Positions 14,021 through 39,589 of a stretch of 64,000 nt of DNA are shown piece after piece (the first letter of the stretch is position 1; every line of letters starts with the position of its first letter). The stretch is from Azolla caroliniana (lineage: Eukaryota; Plantae; Polypodiophyta): the NCBI GenBank assembly GCA_043228905.1, contig JBHGNT010000001.1, positions 9,052,001 through 9,116,000 on the forward strand, given 5' to 3'. Under the pieces are notes generated by a model. That model worked only from the letters and a program-made list of their open reading frames with translations, made no database searches and was not told the DNA's origin. Position numbers and translations under genes: made by a program.

Positions 14021-14342
14021 ATGGCATCTGATAATTTAAGAGAATATGTATGGAGTAATAAGGGTGAGAAATTTGGGTCTCCAAGACATAGAACTAGTAG
14101 TCTAACACCGTACCATTAGGGAAAGCTAAAAAAGAGAGACATGACAATTACATGTGGAATCGTGATCCTTTTCTAACGTCCTCTCTTATTCATGACTCTC
14201 TTTCGATCTTTTATTGATTTCATCATCATCACATGTGTTACATGCATAACCATAATTGGTCATGAGATAGGTTTTCCGTAGTTTTTCCTAATCTTATGAT
14301 GAGTACGTACGAGTTAATTGTGAAAGGAACGAGGGTATGAAT

Positions 14343-14785
14343 TGTAACATTCAATTCTATGGTGTGGAATAACTATTGTGTTATAATCACTTGACCACTT
14401 CAAATATAGTCAAGTGTGTTACACGGGGGCCTAGGGTGTTTGCCTATATAAGAAGGCTAGCTACCTTCTTTTCAAGGGCAGTGTGGCTATGACTTTTGTT
14501 AGCTAAGCACATGCGATCCTCATAGGACCCAAGGTATGACTCGTATCAACCCGCGATGTATGCGACATTGGGGAGGTTTGAGTCCCCCTCACATTGTTTC
14601 TAGGGGGTGGTTTGGTGGGTTTGGCACCCCTCTTCAACACTTCGCACGTATTCTCTTCAATATGAGACAACACACTAGGACATGTGCAAGGAGACATGGA
14701 ACTTTAGTACTAGGGAAGAATCATTAGAGTGAGGAGTGTGAGAAGGTTTATCCAAATAATTCATTAGTAAATGTACTTGTCATTC
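14343..14785 (+). mobile_element. Degenerate LTR related to the Gypsy LTR at 53512-53947 (probable solo LTR)
   Basis: Starts TGTAAC. Blocks gggggcctaggg..tatataag..ggctagctacc, gtatgactcg..gaggtttgagtcc and ggggtggtttggtgggtttggcaccc match the reverse complement of 53570-53790 in the same order. Right end uncertain. Confidence 0.55.
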
Positions 14786-16187
14786 CAATCAATCATAAAT
14801 TTGTGAGCAATTGTTGTTTTAGTAGTCATCATTATGAGGTTGTTGGTTTGAGTAATCATCATTCTATAGTCATCGACAAAGCCTCTTTGGATTCATGGAC
14901 TTAATGGACCATCTTCCTTGGGTCAAGGCCCACATGGCCCTACTCTTTCACATGCACATGCGAACTACCACAACATTGAATAATGATATTTTATCTTGAA
15001 CAACCTTGTGGATTCAAGCATTAAACTCTACTACGATTCTTTGTCCTTGACCATACTCAAAGTTTGCTTTCCTCATGTGTTTGGGCCAAACCTATCTCTA
15101 CACGCGTTTCTCTCATTCACAAGGTACAAAAAGTGGGATACCTCCATCACTAATCTCATTCACTCACTCCCAAGATCGAACAACAAGGTTGGGCGTGTGA
15201 TATGATTGCCAAAGTGTTATGAGGTGTTAAAACTAGCAAGAACAACTCATTGGTCAAAGGCGGTGACCAATCATGCCTATATTTGGTGGACAACCAAGGT
15301 TGAGCAAGCTATTGAATAGTATTGTTTGCACTAAAAAGTCAAAACCTTATACTTCTTTAGCAAGAAAGTTATAGCCCAGCCTTCAACCATAAGTTACACA
15401 AAGATATAAGTAGATTTATGAAATATTAGCAAACAAATTTAAGTAATTTACCGGCCCAATGTCAACCTAGTGTTTATTAAGGCAATGCAAAGTCACTTAA
15501 AACTTCTAAGTTAAGGAGTTGAACAAAATTCATTTTAAACAAAAAATAGCATGCCCTACATTCACATAAACCATGAGAACCACCACTAGCCCATCCCTCT
15601 TTTCTTCCTTGAGAAGTGCAGTGTATTGCACCTAATATGACAAGCTTGACATATATAATGAGGCAATCATTTCAACATTTAAATGTTACTTTTGTCTTTC
15701 AGATTAAATCTTTGATTGTTGCAGGCAAGAGCATAGCTTTGCATCTCACTATTTTGTATGATTTATTTTCAGCAAAGATTTACACTTGAAAGTCAGAGAA
15801 GAGAACAATATTTCCTCCAATAAAAAATATTTGCATACAAAAAATGTCTGGATTTGCTCCATTCTTATCATTACACATTATTCATATGGCTCATATATAT
15901 AGTTGCTTTATTTTCCATAATTTTACAAGGCATGAATATTGCACTAGATTCCCTGCGCATACTTGATGAAAGTCAAGTATTCCTTCACCTGTGATAGGAT
16001 GCAAATAAATTCTAATATTCAAACAATCCCTGTAGAAATACCTATTGATCTCAACCTCACCATCACACATAAAATGTGTTAATATATACATCAGTAAATT
16101 GTTCATCTCTGCACCAACTGAAGTTCACTTCATATAATTTGAAGAGAGTATTATGGTATGGGACTTTGGTGAAATGGATTCAAGGAT

Positions 16188-27709
<11,522 letters not shown>

Positions 27710-27999
27710 CTTGAAAACACTGACAGAGAAAGGCAGGGCACAACAAAACTCTTCTACTTGTTTGTTAATCTCCGTCGATGCCCTTTACTTTTCGATATTC
27801 CCCGTTTTGCCCCCGCTCTTGATCAACTCTCTATTAGCGCACTTTTGGAGAAGAGTGAGAGCTCAGGTTGAGGTTTTATGAACCTTTGCAATAGACTCGA
27901 GGAGTTCTAGAATTAGGCATGGCCGAGTCATTGCTCCATGTATTTGGACCAAATACATTTTATTTATGGCTCCGTAGAATGCAACGGTTAAATCCTCAT

Positions 28000-29450
28000 C
28001 CGGATTGTTCTCAATGCCACCATTCGTTGTTTAATACCCATCAATCACATTTTGTATTGTGATCAAGCTCAACTTTGCTATCCTATGAAATTGCGATTGT
28101 AAGCATGTCCTACCCTTTGATCGTAATGTCCACGAAACCTCGCTTTGCAAGGATTTGGCATTCTTCCCGGTTTGCATGTATTCCAATGCAATTTGCCAAC
28201 AAGTTTTTAAGCATCACAAATAAATGAACATTTCTTTGGCCTATCCTTATTCACTACATTCTGCTAAGAGGTTGTTGTCTTTGTTTTTATGATGTAATAT
28301 GATGTAATCCCGTGTTTCTCATAGAAAGCAACCATTATGTCCAATGTAGTTTACCTCAAACTGTGATTCATAAAAATTTAAATGGTTGACCCAACATATG
28401 TTCATACATATTCAATGTCGCGGCACCCACTAATCTCTTTGATGGACTTATATCATTCCACACAAGCCATGGAATGAATACATAACTATATTCTCCCGTG
28501 TGTAACAAAAATAGGCAGTATATCATATGAACCCTTATTGACTGTACGACTTCAAGACATACGAAGATGACAATATTGAAATTTCCAATACATAAAGTTG
28601 TTCTCGATCTTTTAATATATGCATTGGATGTGCTCACATTTGATAACTCCACCTCCAATTGGATAACCGAAATATCTATAAATCATACCACAACCAACCA
28701 CTGCTCTTGACCAACCAAAATTGTCCATATTTTTGTACTAATTTATCCACGTTAATATTCGGACTTAAGTAATGTATTAACTTGAAAGTGTTAATGTTTC
28801 TAGGGAAGTTGTCCAAACATCTTAAGGGCATTAAGTGTTACAACATATTCTCAAGGACACTCATGAAATAAAGAAAAACTTGAGGCATTTTTTAAGTTCT
28901 CCCTTTTTTTATAAGTCATATCTTCTTTCTTTCTTTGTCACAATTTTAAGGCTTAGTCCAAGACGAATGTGAGTTCATATAATCTTACGTGGCCAATCCA
29001 TATTGGGCCTAAGAGATGGTTTGAGTGTGCATATGATCATTTTTAGAATATTTCACACGTGCTTAACATTGTTGTTTAAAAGGCAATGCCATCATTTTTA
29101 TGCTATGTACATCCCAACCAATCCATGGTCTTCATTATGAAGTAGCAATTGAGGAGAGTCAATGCATGCAATTTTTTATGGTAAGTCATAAAGATTCATT
29201 GTCATGGTCAAACAAGATTGGTTAGGAATGCTAGATCAAAAGATTCGTTTTTATTGTGTGGAACATTAGCCGAAACTCAATCATGCACACATTCAACATC
29301 ATGGATAGGGTTAAGAGTGCTTGTGAATGATTTACAATGCCTTGTGTTCGGTGAAACGAAGTCATCATAGAAGACTTTTTTTTTCCAAGTTTGCAACAAT
29401 GATAGCTCCATGGTAATATATGAGGTATCACAAAAACTCAAATTCAAGCA
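28000..29450 (-). mobile_element. Possible highly degenerate CACTA transposase relic
   Basis: Frame-broken residue resembling LDPMH.EKNV (TLNPIHDVECV) and the DUF4218/DUF4216 region in the expected order. Weak. Confidence 0.3.
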
Positions 29451-29993
29451 TTGTGTTGATCATCGAAGAATTGAGGCGTGTGTTGCATTGAGGGTGGAAG
29501 AGCATTGTGGAGGGGCAACAAGTTAGACTAAGGTGCTATCTCTATACGAAAAAGGTAGTGTATGTGGGTTTTTTGTTATTATAGGTAGAGAATTTGATTC
29601 TATTATTAGTGATTGTTGAAGTGAAAAAGGTTTGTCCGAAAGATGGGTAGAGTTGATATTGAAAATTGGCCAAGAGCAGTAGTAGTCAGACAGACGCCTC
29701 CGAATTTAGAGAAGAGCAGCCCCATGATCCACATATAGGTAGCCGTAGGTATGTATATAGACTACATAATTATAGCGGGAGAGGCGTGCATGGGATGCAT
29801 GCTCATCATCCATCGTGTGTAAATTGTTTGGAGAGGAGGAGGACATATATGTAAAATAAGCACAACTATTCATTCCTTATTTTATGTATAAAATGCGTGG
29901 AAAAGAGAAGAGGTGTATAAGTCAAAAAAAAAGGGTGCCTTCTATCTATCTATCTATCTATCGAAGAAGAGCGAACGGAGGAGGAGGATTGAC

Positions 29994-31034
29994 ATGGCGA
30001 CGATGATGTTACATTTGACTGTTGCTCTGGCGTCCGCCGCCATCGCGGTGGCGGTTCTTTTGGCGGAGGCGGAGGCGCCCGCCGCCTCCGCCGCGCGCCT
30101 CCCCAAGAAGCTTCTGCTGTTCCAAGAATATCAGCAGCATCTCTATGGCGGCGGCGGCGGAGGAGGAGGATGGGTTTATAACACCACCACCACCACCAAC
30201 AATCGCTACATATATAATAATAACAATAATAAACCCTGGCCGCCCAAGAAGACGCTTCCATGGGCGCCTCCCCTCACGCCCGCCTACCCTACCAAGCAGC
30301 CTACGCCTACTGCTGCAGCACCTCCTCTTCCGCCACCTTTAACTCCCCCATATAACAGCATTCCCCCCAGCGGCGGCGCCGCCACTCCACCTGCGCCCGC
30401 CACCGCCCCACCACCACTCTCCTCCTCCTCTTCTCCGCCCACTCCAGGACTCAATACCACCACCACAACAACAACTCCTCCTCCTCCGCCACCACCACCA
30501 GCTGTAGCCGCAAACTCTAGCGCTCCCACCTTCTCGGCTCCGCCACTTTCCGGAGCAACTCCACCTCCTCCTCCGCCGGCGCCGGCGCCATTAGCACCAC
30601 CACCTCCTCCTCCTCCTCCTCCTCCATATGGCAGCTCGCCGACTCCACCTGCACCTGCAGCTCCTCCCGTTCCATTGGCTAGCCCCACTACTACCCTAAC
30701 TCCTCCTCCTCCATCGGCCACTACTACCCTAACTCCTCCTCCACCATCGGCCACTACTACCCTAACTCCTCCTCCTCCTCCTCCTCCATCACCACCAACC
30801 GCCACCACATCTCCAGCTCCTCCTCCTCCTCCAACCTCAACCGAAACCGCAACCGCGCCTCCCACCACCGCCACCGGCGCTCCCACCTTCTCGGCTCCGC
30901 CAGTTGCAGGCTTCACATCCCCATCGCCAGCACCTCCATGCGACAATGGACCGCTCACGACTGCTGCCCCCAGCCTCCCATCTCCTCCTCCTCCTCCAGC
31001 TCCAGGAGGATATGCTGTTCATCCTCGACATTGA
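29994..31034 (+). CDS. Secreted proline-rich cell-wall glycoprotein (AGP/extensin-like HRGP), intronless, 346 aa
   Basis: Signal-peptide-like MATMMLHLTVALASAAIAVAVLLAEA, then P/T/A/S-rich body with TTTLTPPPP x3, APTFSAPP x2 and poly-Pro. GC-rich island with a TATA-like tataaaa at ~29887. Confidence 0.85.
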   Translation: MATMMLHLTVALASAAIAVAVLLAEAEAPAASAARLPKKLLLFQEYQQHLYGGGGGGGGWVYNTTTTTNNRYIYNNNNNKPWPPKKTLPWAPPLTPAYPTKQPTPTAAAPPLPPPLTPPYNSIPPSGGAATPPAPATAPPPLSSSSSPPTPGLNTTTTTTTPPPPPPPPAVAANSSAPTFSAPPLSGATPPPPPPAPAPLAPPPPPPPPPPYGSSPTPPAPAAPPVPLASPTTTLTPPPPSATTTLTPPPPSATTTLTPPPPPPPSPPTATTSPAPPPPPTSTETATAPPTTATGAPTFSAPPVAGFTSPSPAPPCDNGPLTTAAPSLPSPPPPPAPGGYAVHPRH

Positions 31035-33361
31035 AGGAGAAGGGAAGGGCTGTCTGTGGCTTACTCCTCTCCACGCCCATGGCCGCCATCCACCAAAGCT
31101 AACCCTCTGATTCATAGAAAATTTGCCCAAACCTCCCATCATTGTTGAATAATACACGTGACATGTGCGTGTCTAGTGTGTCGACTGTTCTCAACAATCA
31201 AATGTATGAAGAACGGAACAAACACGCACTCCCTCACACACTCTCTCTGTGTCTGTCTGTCTGTCTGTTTCCCTCCCATTCTCCATCAATCCATTCATCG
31301 ATCATTCCAATAATATACATAGTCTTCTCCTTCTTCTTCTTCTTCTTCTTCATGTTCCTTAGTTGGACTCATTGAGAAATTTAAATTTGTGCAGTCTATA
31401 TAGATTGGCCCACCAAGAAGCAAGTATTCAGGTTTTAGAATGATCTGCTACGAAATTTCTACCATATTTCAGTAATAAACCCTAATTCATAGTAAATAGA
31501 CTCCAAAATTTATTCGTAAAGCGTTTGTGTTTGAAAATTGATACTAACCACCCTGGGAGTGTTTTTGAGTATCATTTAATGTTTGTATTATGTACATATT
31601 TTACTCCGCAGAATTGTGTGTTCCCCTACGTTTGTAAAGAAATCTGCAACTTCTTAACACTTCTCGGATAAAAAATCTATTCCATCCATTCATTCACTAA
31701 ATGGGGCCACATGCTTAGATGGAGAGGAGGGATATCCCACCACCAATGACAGGTGATTCACCAAATGCACCGCCAATTCTAATGATTATTTTGTCGGGAA
31801 AGTGTTTTATAGGGAGCCATAGATGTGACTCCACAATACGATGGTGAAACACGAACCAACCAACTTGGCCATGTTTGGAGAAGAGATGACTTGGCTAACA
31901 CGTAGGTTTCCTTGCAAACATGAAAGCATTGGCCTGCATGGACATTTGACCAAGCAAAATGTTGTCCAAAATCTGCCCAATTAGCCCAAACACAAATATG
32001 GTTGAATTGGCTGGAGTGGTTATTGGACATCTTGCTGAATTGTTTTGCATTGTTACCTAAAATACAAGACAGCGACCTTCAATCAACAACTCATTTGACG
32101 AATATATCATCAACATTGTGATCAATAGCATGATTTACCACTAAGTCAATAGGCAATTTGATCATCATGACATGAATGAATTGGCTTGGCTATAGCTCAA
32201 TTTACACAACATGCTCCATTGGCACATATCATTTAACTTTGTTGGTTACATGAAATTAAAGATGAAAATACTTACACGGATAGGCTAGGATGACTACAAC
32301 AACTAGGTAAACTTCACATGATCCATAGTGAATGAACTCGATGTGTCAAATATTGAAACCATCCATAGTCAATGCATTTGATGTGTCAAATATGTAGACA
32401 CTCAACTAGAACTAACAAAAACACAAAAACTAAACATCACACGACATTCTTTTTTGTTACTTGCTTCTTGATTAGAACTAAGTGATTTATGAAAACATAA
32501 TACACAATTTATGAAGGGGAAGAAAACACAATTATTATTCACTGTAAATGGACACAATCATACCCTTCGGGTGGTTTTTATTCACACTTAGGAGTTGCTT
32601 TCTTTACATATTCATCTTATTGGTCATCTTCATCATTGCAACTTCATGATACACCTAGGAGAAAACTTCTTTCACTATAGTCCACAATATATTTCCTTAC
32701 TAATAAATGACATTATGAGGAAACACCACATTTATGGACATTTACTTTAGTATAAAATATATTTCTGTAGTATTGTCCCCCACCCATTAATAACAAGAAA
32801 TAATTTTAAACCCAAACGTGCAGAAGTTCAAGCATTTGATGTGCAATGGTGAATGATACAGGAACTACCTTGAATAATGTACTGCAAAAGGATACATACA
32901 GATGTACACCAATTCAAGGGAGTTAATAATTGAACTGGAATGTAATCAGATACTAGATTACAATCACAATCATGAGGTTTACAAAAAAACTCGTCAATAG
33001 CCTGGGTTACAGATGGGGAGGATACAATTTCACATTTCTGTTAGGAACTCTACAATACAAGTAGTGCAAGAATTAACCTCCAACCAAGTGCTTTTGGAAG
33101 GCTTACCCTTCAGAAAGAGACTCTTCTAACTTGACAAAAGGATCTGTTCTAGCCTAGGTGGTGCTATATATATCTCTATATATGATTAGAGGAGATACAT
33201 GTCAATGTGGATCATTGTCCAACACTGACATAAGACAAAGTGATTCCAATAGATTGGCCAAAGAAACATACAAGAGCTCTGATACCTTTCGTCTTTTTAA
33301 ATATTTCTTTTTCATATATATTCACTCAATGGACACAACCATGATAAATGAAATAATGCTT

Positions 33362-36300
33362 TTAGAGGTACAAAGAAGCCGCGAATACGATGTCTCTTTT
33401 TATTAGAGCCGAACCTTGCTGAAATTTATCTTCGAGCTCTTGCTCTCCAATGGATTTTGCTGCTACTATAAGCTGCTGCAATACTTCCTCTAATCGTTTC
33501 ATCGCTCGGATGAGACTGCCCTCAAAAACGTCACCAAGCTTCATTACTTCTGAGAATTTGGCTCCTTTGGCCCATGCAAAAACTATTTCCATTATATCAG
33601 GGCGGAAGCTATTCACATAATCCTCCACATCAGTTGCTAACTGCACAATGTATAAGACATTCATAGTTGACAGTTGTTCATTTACACCACATCATGCACA
33701 CCCATATATTATAATTGCATGTCTGCATGCATGTGCTGACTAAATGCCCACATGCGTGCATATATATCATGTATATGTATATTTATCTATAAATATACTA
33801 TATACTCACAGTTACTTTTTGTGATTCATAATCTATTTTCAGATTAGAAACACATACATACAAATATACACATACACACATACACACATACATATATGCG
33901 TACACAAACATTTATATCAATATCATTATTTATATTTACACAAATCTGTCAATACATATATACAGATTTTTTATATTTATATACACATAAATATATGCAT
34001 ATATGTATGGTATATATGTTGCATACATATATCTACGAGATATATATTTGACTTCATTACCTCTATATTTGATAGCACAGTTTAGCATACAACAAAGCCA
34101 CTCAGTTAAATACCTTGCATTCCAGCTGCACTTTCCCTACTCGCCTTGCAGTTTCTCGCAGCTGTGAATGGAGAGTAGCAAGATCCTCTCTCAACTTGGC
34201 ACTGGATTTTACTTTCTCCTGCCAAACAAAGCAAGACAAGAGTGCTACCACCTGCTCCGTGGATGCATCTTTCAGAACACCTTTGAAGATCAATTCTGAC
34301 ATGACAAGTTCATCTGCACTTGAGACCTCACATGCAACCTTCCCTTTAAGTTCCACAACATCATCTGATGTGGCATACCTATATAACCACATTTCCAAAT
34401 AAGATTCTCCATTTTCCTTTAAGAAAACATCCTTCCATTAATAATTAAGAACACTGCCCAAAAGTTACTACCTCCATGAAGTGTTTTCAAAATATACAAA
34501 GAAAATCATGTATGTCATGGACGAATATCCAAATTGAGAAAGGAAAAATGGGATTGCTTACCCCAATCGACGAAGAACCCTTCGTCGATATTTAAGCTCA
34601 TCTTTAAAAACAAGATTCGATGCGCCGCGGACCTCCTCACGTGCAGCTCGTATCAAAGTTGTGACCTGTTCCTTTTTGTAATAATTCCTGAGCCTTTCAT
34701 TAAGAGTAGGTGAGGTTGTAAGAACGTGGTTTTTAATCAAGCTTTCCAAAGCTTCCACCCTACGCACAGCTTTCTTATAGCTGCTACTATCCACCTACAG
34801 TTGTATAATAGCTACTTTAGACGAATGTCTAATCATAAGTGTCACAACACATTTTTTCGAGCAGGCATAGCTCAAACATTTCTGAACTTGAATGTCTATA
34901 ACGTCTACTTCAGATGAAAGTCTAATCAGAACAACATGATTTTTTGAACAGTCATAGGTTCAATATTAAATATGTTACAACATACATGATATATAATACG
35001 ATAAACAGTTAAACCAATAGAAAGAAACAAATTAAAATTTAACCTTTCATACAATCTTGGCACAGAATAGCTCAAGGGCATGATCAATATATCAGGTACA
35101 AACAAGAAAAAGACATTTGGGGTGGGTGTATATAATAAGCGTGTTCGTAACTTCTAAGGAAAAGGGGAAGAAATGTTAAACCTAGCAATATTTCTATCAA
35201 TCCTAACATAAGATTACAAACTACCCAAATGATGGGAGCCATTAAAATTTAAATAACCCTCCACAAATGGAAAATCCAAACAGTTTGTTGTACAAAATGA
35301 AGCAAAAAAGTTGCAGGTACTTCTGCCAAGTAGTACCTGCCAAGTATTACTTTAATACTAAATGGACACACACCTGCATATCATCCTCCGGATCTAGCAT
35401 CTGCAGGCCTTCTGGGAAGCGACGAAGAATTTCCAATACTTTCTTCAGAGCTGATTCTCTTGCTTCAAGATTACGTAAATCTTTTTCTAAGAATATTCGG
35501 ATTGCACTAAAATTTTCTATCTGCATAGTAAGAGAGTTAAATTCTTTTAATATCTGTCTTAGACTATATTCATTTCTTTGAAGTAACTAAGTTTTCTTTT
35601 CTTATTCTTCTTTCCATGAAGACATATCTTTTCGTACTGTATAAGGAAATCACACCTTAAACTATGGATGCCCAAGAAAAAGTCAGACACAATGGAACTG
35701 ATATTAAAGCTAAAAGCCTATAACTAGGCTTTATCTTGCCTGAGAGAGTGGAACAGATGCAACCAACGGCTCCCCTGGTTCTTCCAGAGATACTGGACAA
35801 ATTGTTTCTTTACCCTTTTCTCCCTGGTTTGGCATACAATTCATTAAAACATCAACCACATATCCAGCCTTGACTGCTTTTTCTCTCACACTTCCTGCAA
35901 ATGTTAAACCATAAGAAATGTTACTACAATTATCAAACAAGTATTACATTTGTGAAAGCTATATTACATCTTACCGTCAATTGAGTCCAATGACGAGTTC
36001 TGAACTTTCTCAAAATTCACAATGACCCCCCACACCACAGGCTCCTTTGGCAAAAGAAATGACTCTTTTTTTTCATCAATATCAGAAATGAGTACACGTA
36101 CAATCCTTCCAGGTTGAAGAAAGGGCAAAGAATGCTGTGGAGAAAATACTATTTTCCTGATTTCCCTCCACAACTTTCTGCTTTGTTCCAGCAATGAGAA
36201 ATAGTTCTTTATCTGTTCCTCATCTTCAATGATGATAGTTTCTCGTTCCTTTTCTAATTCAGTTACCCTCTCCTATTACATTCATAATCCCAAGTGATTA

Positions 36301-39300
36301 AACCAAGAATACCACAATTCAAATCTCTGGCTTAGCAAATTCATGCACCCACATAATGGATTACTAAATGGATCACCGACATTGCGTAATGCATTTTTCT
36401 AGATAGCTTACGTCCATACAACAAAAAAGTGAGTGCCAAAATGAATAACAAATTTTCAGAAATCAGAAAATTTGGAATCATTCACGTTTGACTTGTATCC
36501 TTCATAGCATATCCTGATGTTTTTCGTTTTTTTAACACTTCCATAAACTGTTTGATGATCTACCCTTTTTCTGCTTGCACTAATAACATCTTCTTACTTA
36601 TGAGAATGTGGTATCTATGTTATCATTGGTACTGATTACACTCATAAAACTACCTGTAATCGAGGAAGTGCTCGGTCACATTGAAACTGATAGAAAGAAT
36701 TGCGAAGAAGTGCCTCTGGATCACTCTCCTCACATCGCATCTGATTGAGTAGCATGTTGTAACTAAGATGAAAAGCACTGTAGCACCGAAATGATAAATG
36801 AATAAATAGTTTGCAATAAAAGGAGAAAAAAAGTGTATGTGTAAAAGCAGGTTTACATAGTCCTCAAGGTTATCATTAACAAATATAAAAAGTTTATTCA
36901 TGTATGTCTTCAAACTTTGAATCAATTGTATATGTTGTTTTTTATGAAACTAAATTCATTGATGCAAAATGCATTCTGACCATTTGGAAATGTTGACGAA
37001 CTTCCAATTAATATTGTTCAAGCCATCCAATATGGATGTTATTGCAATTTATGGTTTGTCATGCTTCATATTGGCAGTGATACAATAGATACACTGCCCT
37101 GACTAGGAGCAATCTTCTAAAGGCCATCATAATCCTTCGCCTCTTATCTTCATATACATGATCCCATATAGCCATAGTCACAGAGGATGGAGGGAAAGGA
37201 CAAACATCAGACACAGGGTTAGCCTAGGAAAAAACCGAGAATGTCCTGGTGAAGGTTGTCACCAAGGATTGCATCCCAAGATGGCTTCAGGATCACAAGC
37301 CATGTGAGAAAATGCAAGGTTTCTAAGCAAAAGCACAGACCATGACACACCTTTTTATTGCTTATTTATGGCTATTTGGACCCACCCTTCTAAAGGTCAA
37401 TATCGATGCAGTACCTTTCAAATTGTCATCATACAGATTGAAGTGAACAAAAAAAAAAAACAGTACAGAGAATAGTATTACTGACTAGCTAATGATGAGA
37501 TGCAACGTTTAGTAGCAGATTAATCCTTGACCCTTCCAGTTTAGGTAAAAGTACCTAACTGAAGATGTGACCATTCAGTCAACATACCTGTTTAAGGGAT
37601 CAGGTGATCCTTTCACCATCAGTTTGGCCACTGCAGGCTCAAGTTTCTCATCCAGCATAAGAATGCATATACCACGGTCATCAAGTCCTCGCCGACCAGC
37701 ACGTCCACTCATCTGGATATATTCTCCACTAGTCACCCAACGGAACTTGTCACCATCAAACTTCCGAACATTTGTAAAAACTACTGTCTTTGCTGGCATA
37801 TTAAGACCAATGCTGAAAGTTTCTGTTGCAAATAGACACTGCAATGAAAATGAAAATAAAGTTTTTCCTTAGACTGTGATGCAGTAATCAATCTAAACAT
37901 AGTTCTAGAAAGTTTGGGTAGCCTCTGACTAAAAGAAACAGGTTACCTTAATTAAGCCTTCTTGAAAGAGAATCTCAATCACTTCTTTGAGAATTGGAAG
38001 CAAGCCGGAGTGATGCACACCAATACCTCGTTTAAGCAATGGTAATAAATGGCCAACCTAAAAAAAGGGACAAACAAATTTCTGAAATTATGATCACGAT
38101 ACAGATACCATGCTCATTCTAAATTCACGAAACAATATGCATAAAGACAGCATGCACGAAATGTCTCTTTTACTTCAAAATTTCAAATATTCTTGTGAGG
38201 TAATGAGTTGCTGTGGTATATGAAGGATCTGAACCATGTCGTATAGTATGAAGTTGTGAAATTACTACATCTAGTTTTGCCTGAGTACTTGGATATAAAA
38301 TACTTATGATTTCCTGTGATATATGGAGAATCAGAGCCACATCATATGGTGTCATCTGTGCAATTATCACATATAATTTCTTCTGAGTACCAAGATATAA
38401 TGCATACATAATGGTAGCATAGCGATTCTTCACTCCCCAATATTATTTATTCAGGAAAATTCAAAACCACTTAGTCAACAAAATGCACCTGTGGCAGCTT
38501 TTTATCATCTTCTGATAAAGAATCCATAGCATTCCAGAAAATACCATCCACTAAGCTCTTCTCATCCTCATCGTTCAAATCTAATTTTGCCATCTGTATA
38601 TATGCACAAGGTTAAAAGCTACAAAACTAAAATTGAAAGTTAGACTTCAGAAATGGCAAAAAGGTTTGACTTCATTGTTTATTCATACATGGCAAGGTTT
38701 TCTAATTGTCTGTGTGCCATTTCTGTTAGAGATTCTCATATTTTATGAATAAAGAGTGCAGAAAAAGTTATGCTAATTGTAACATCCATTTGTAGAGCCG
38801 AATTGCTATGATATATTACTATTCTGCAATGATATTTCACACCTGCATAGCCAAGCTTTCACATTCCCTTTTACTGAAGCTGAAAACTATGACTGGATCA
38901 AATTGCCGCAACATAATCATTTTCACCAACTTGAAGATGTCACTCTGTTCATCATTCTCGCTGCCTCTCTTCCGCTTTCCACTCGAATCTTTGTTCCTCC
39001 TGTCATGGGATACGGTAACAGCGTTTACTGCTTTCTGAAAATTATCCCCTCTAAACGTTCCTTTCTCATCAACAACTAAGTACAGGCCATCACCACCGGC
39101 TGGGAAAATATAATGTTGCAATGGAGTTGGTCTAAAATCTGTATATACAATATGGCAAGGTTGTTGATGCACCTAAAAAGAAAAGAAAATACAATGAGAA
39201 TTAATTTTCTGAACCATAATTTGTATAGTTAGTATGAGTTCATGAAAAGCTATACCTTGGCAACCCAATCGGCAAATTCTTTTGCATTTGGCACTGTGGC

Positions 39301-39510
39301 AGATAAAAACACAAAACGAGCATTTTTTGGTGCCATCACAATGCTCTCCTCCCAGACCACACCTCTCTCTCGATCTCGCATATAGTGCACTTCATCAAAT
39401 ATTATCCATGCAACCTCCCTCATTACCTCTGACCCCCTATATTGCATGCTTCGAAGGATTTCGGTCGTCATAACCTGCCATCTCTTTCTCTCTCTCTTTC
39501 TGTCCCTCTT

Positions 39511-39589
<79 letters not shown>

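Noticed and set aside
14115-14292. Small MITE with attagg.aaa.cta inverted ends
   Set aside because: The inverted match is short and imperfect, with no clear TSD.
29950-31157. Gly/Val-rich antisense and alternative-frame ORFs
   Set aside because: They are shadows of the GC-rich proline-repeat gene.
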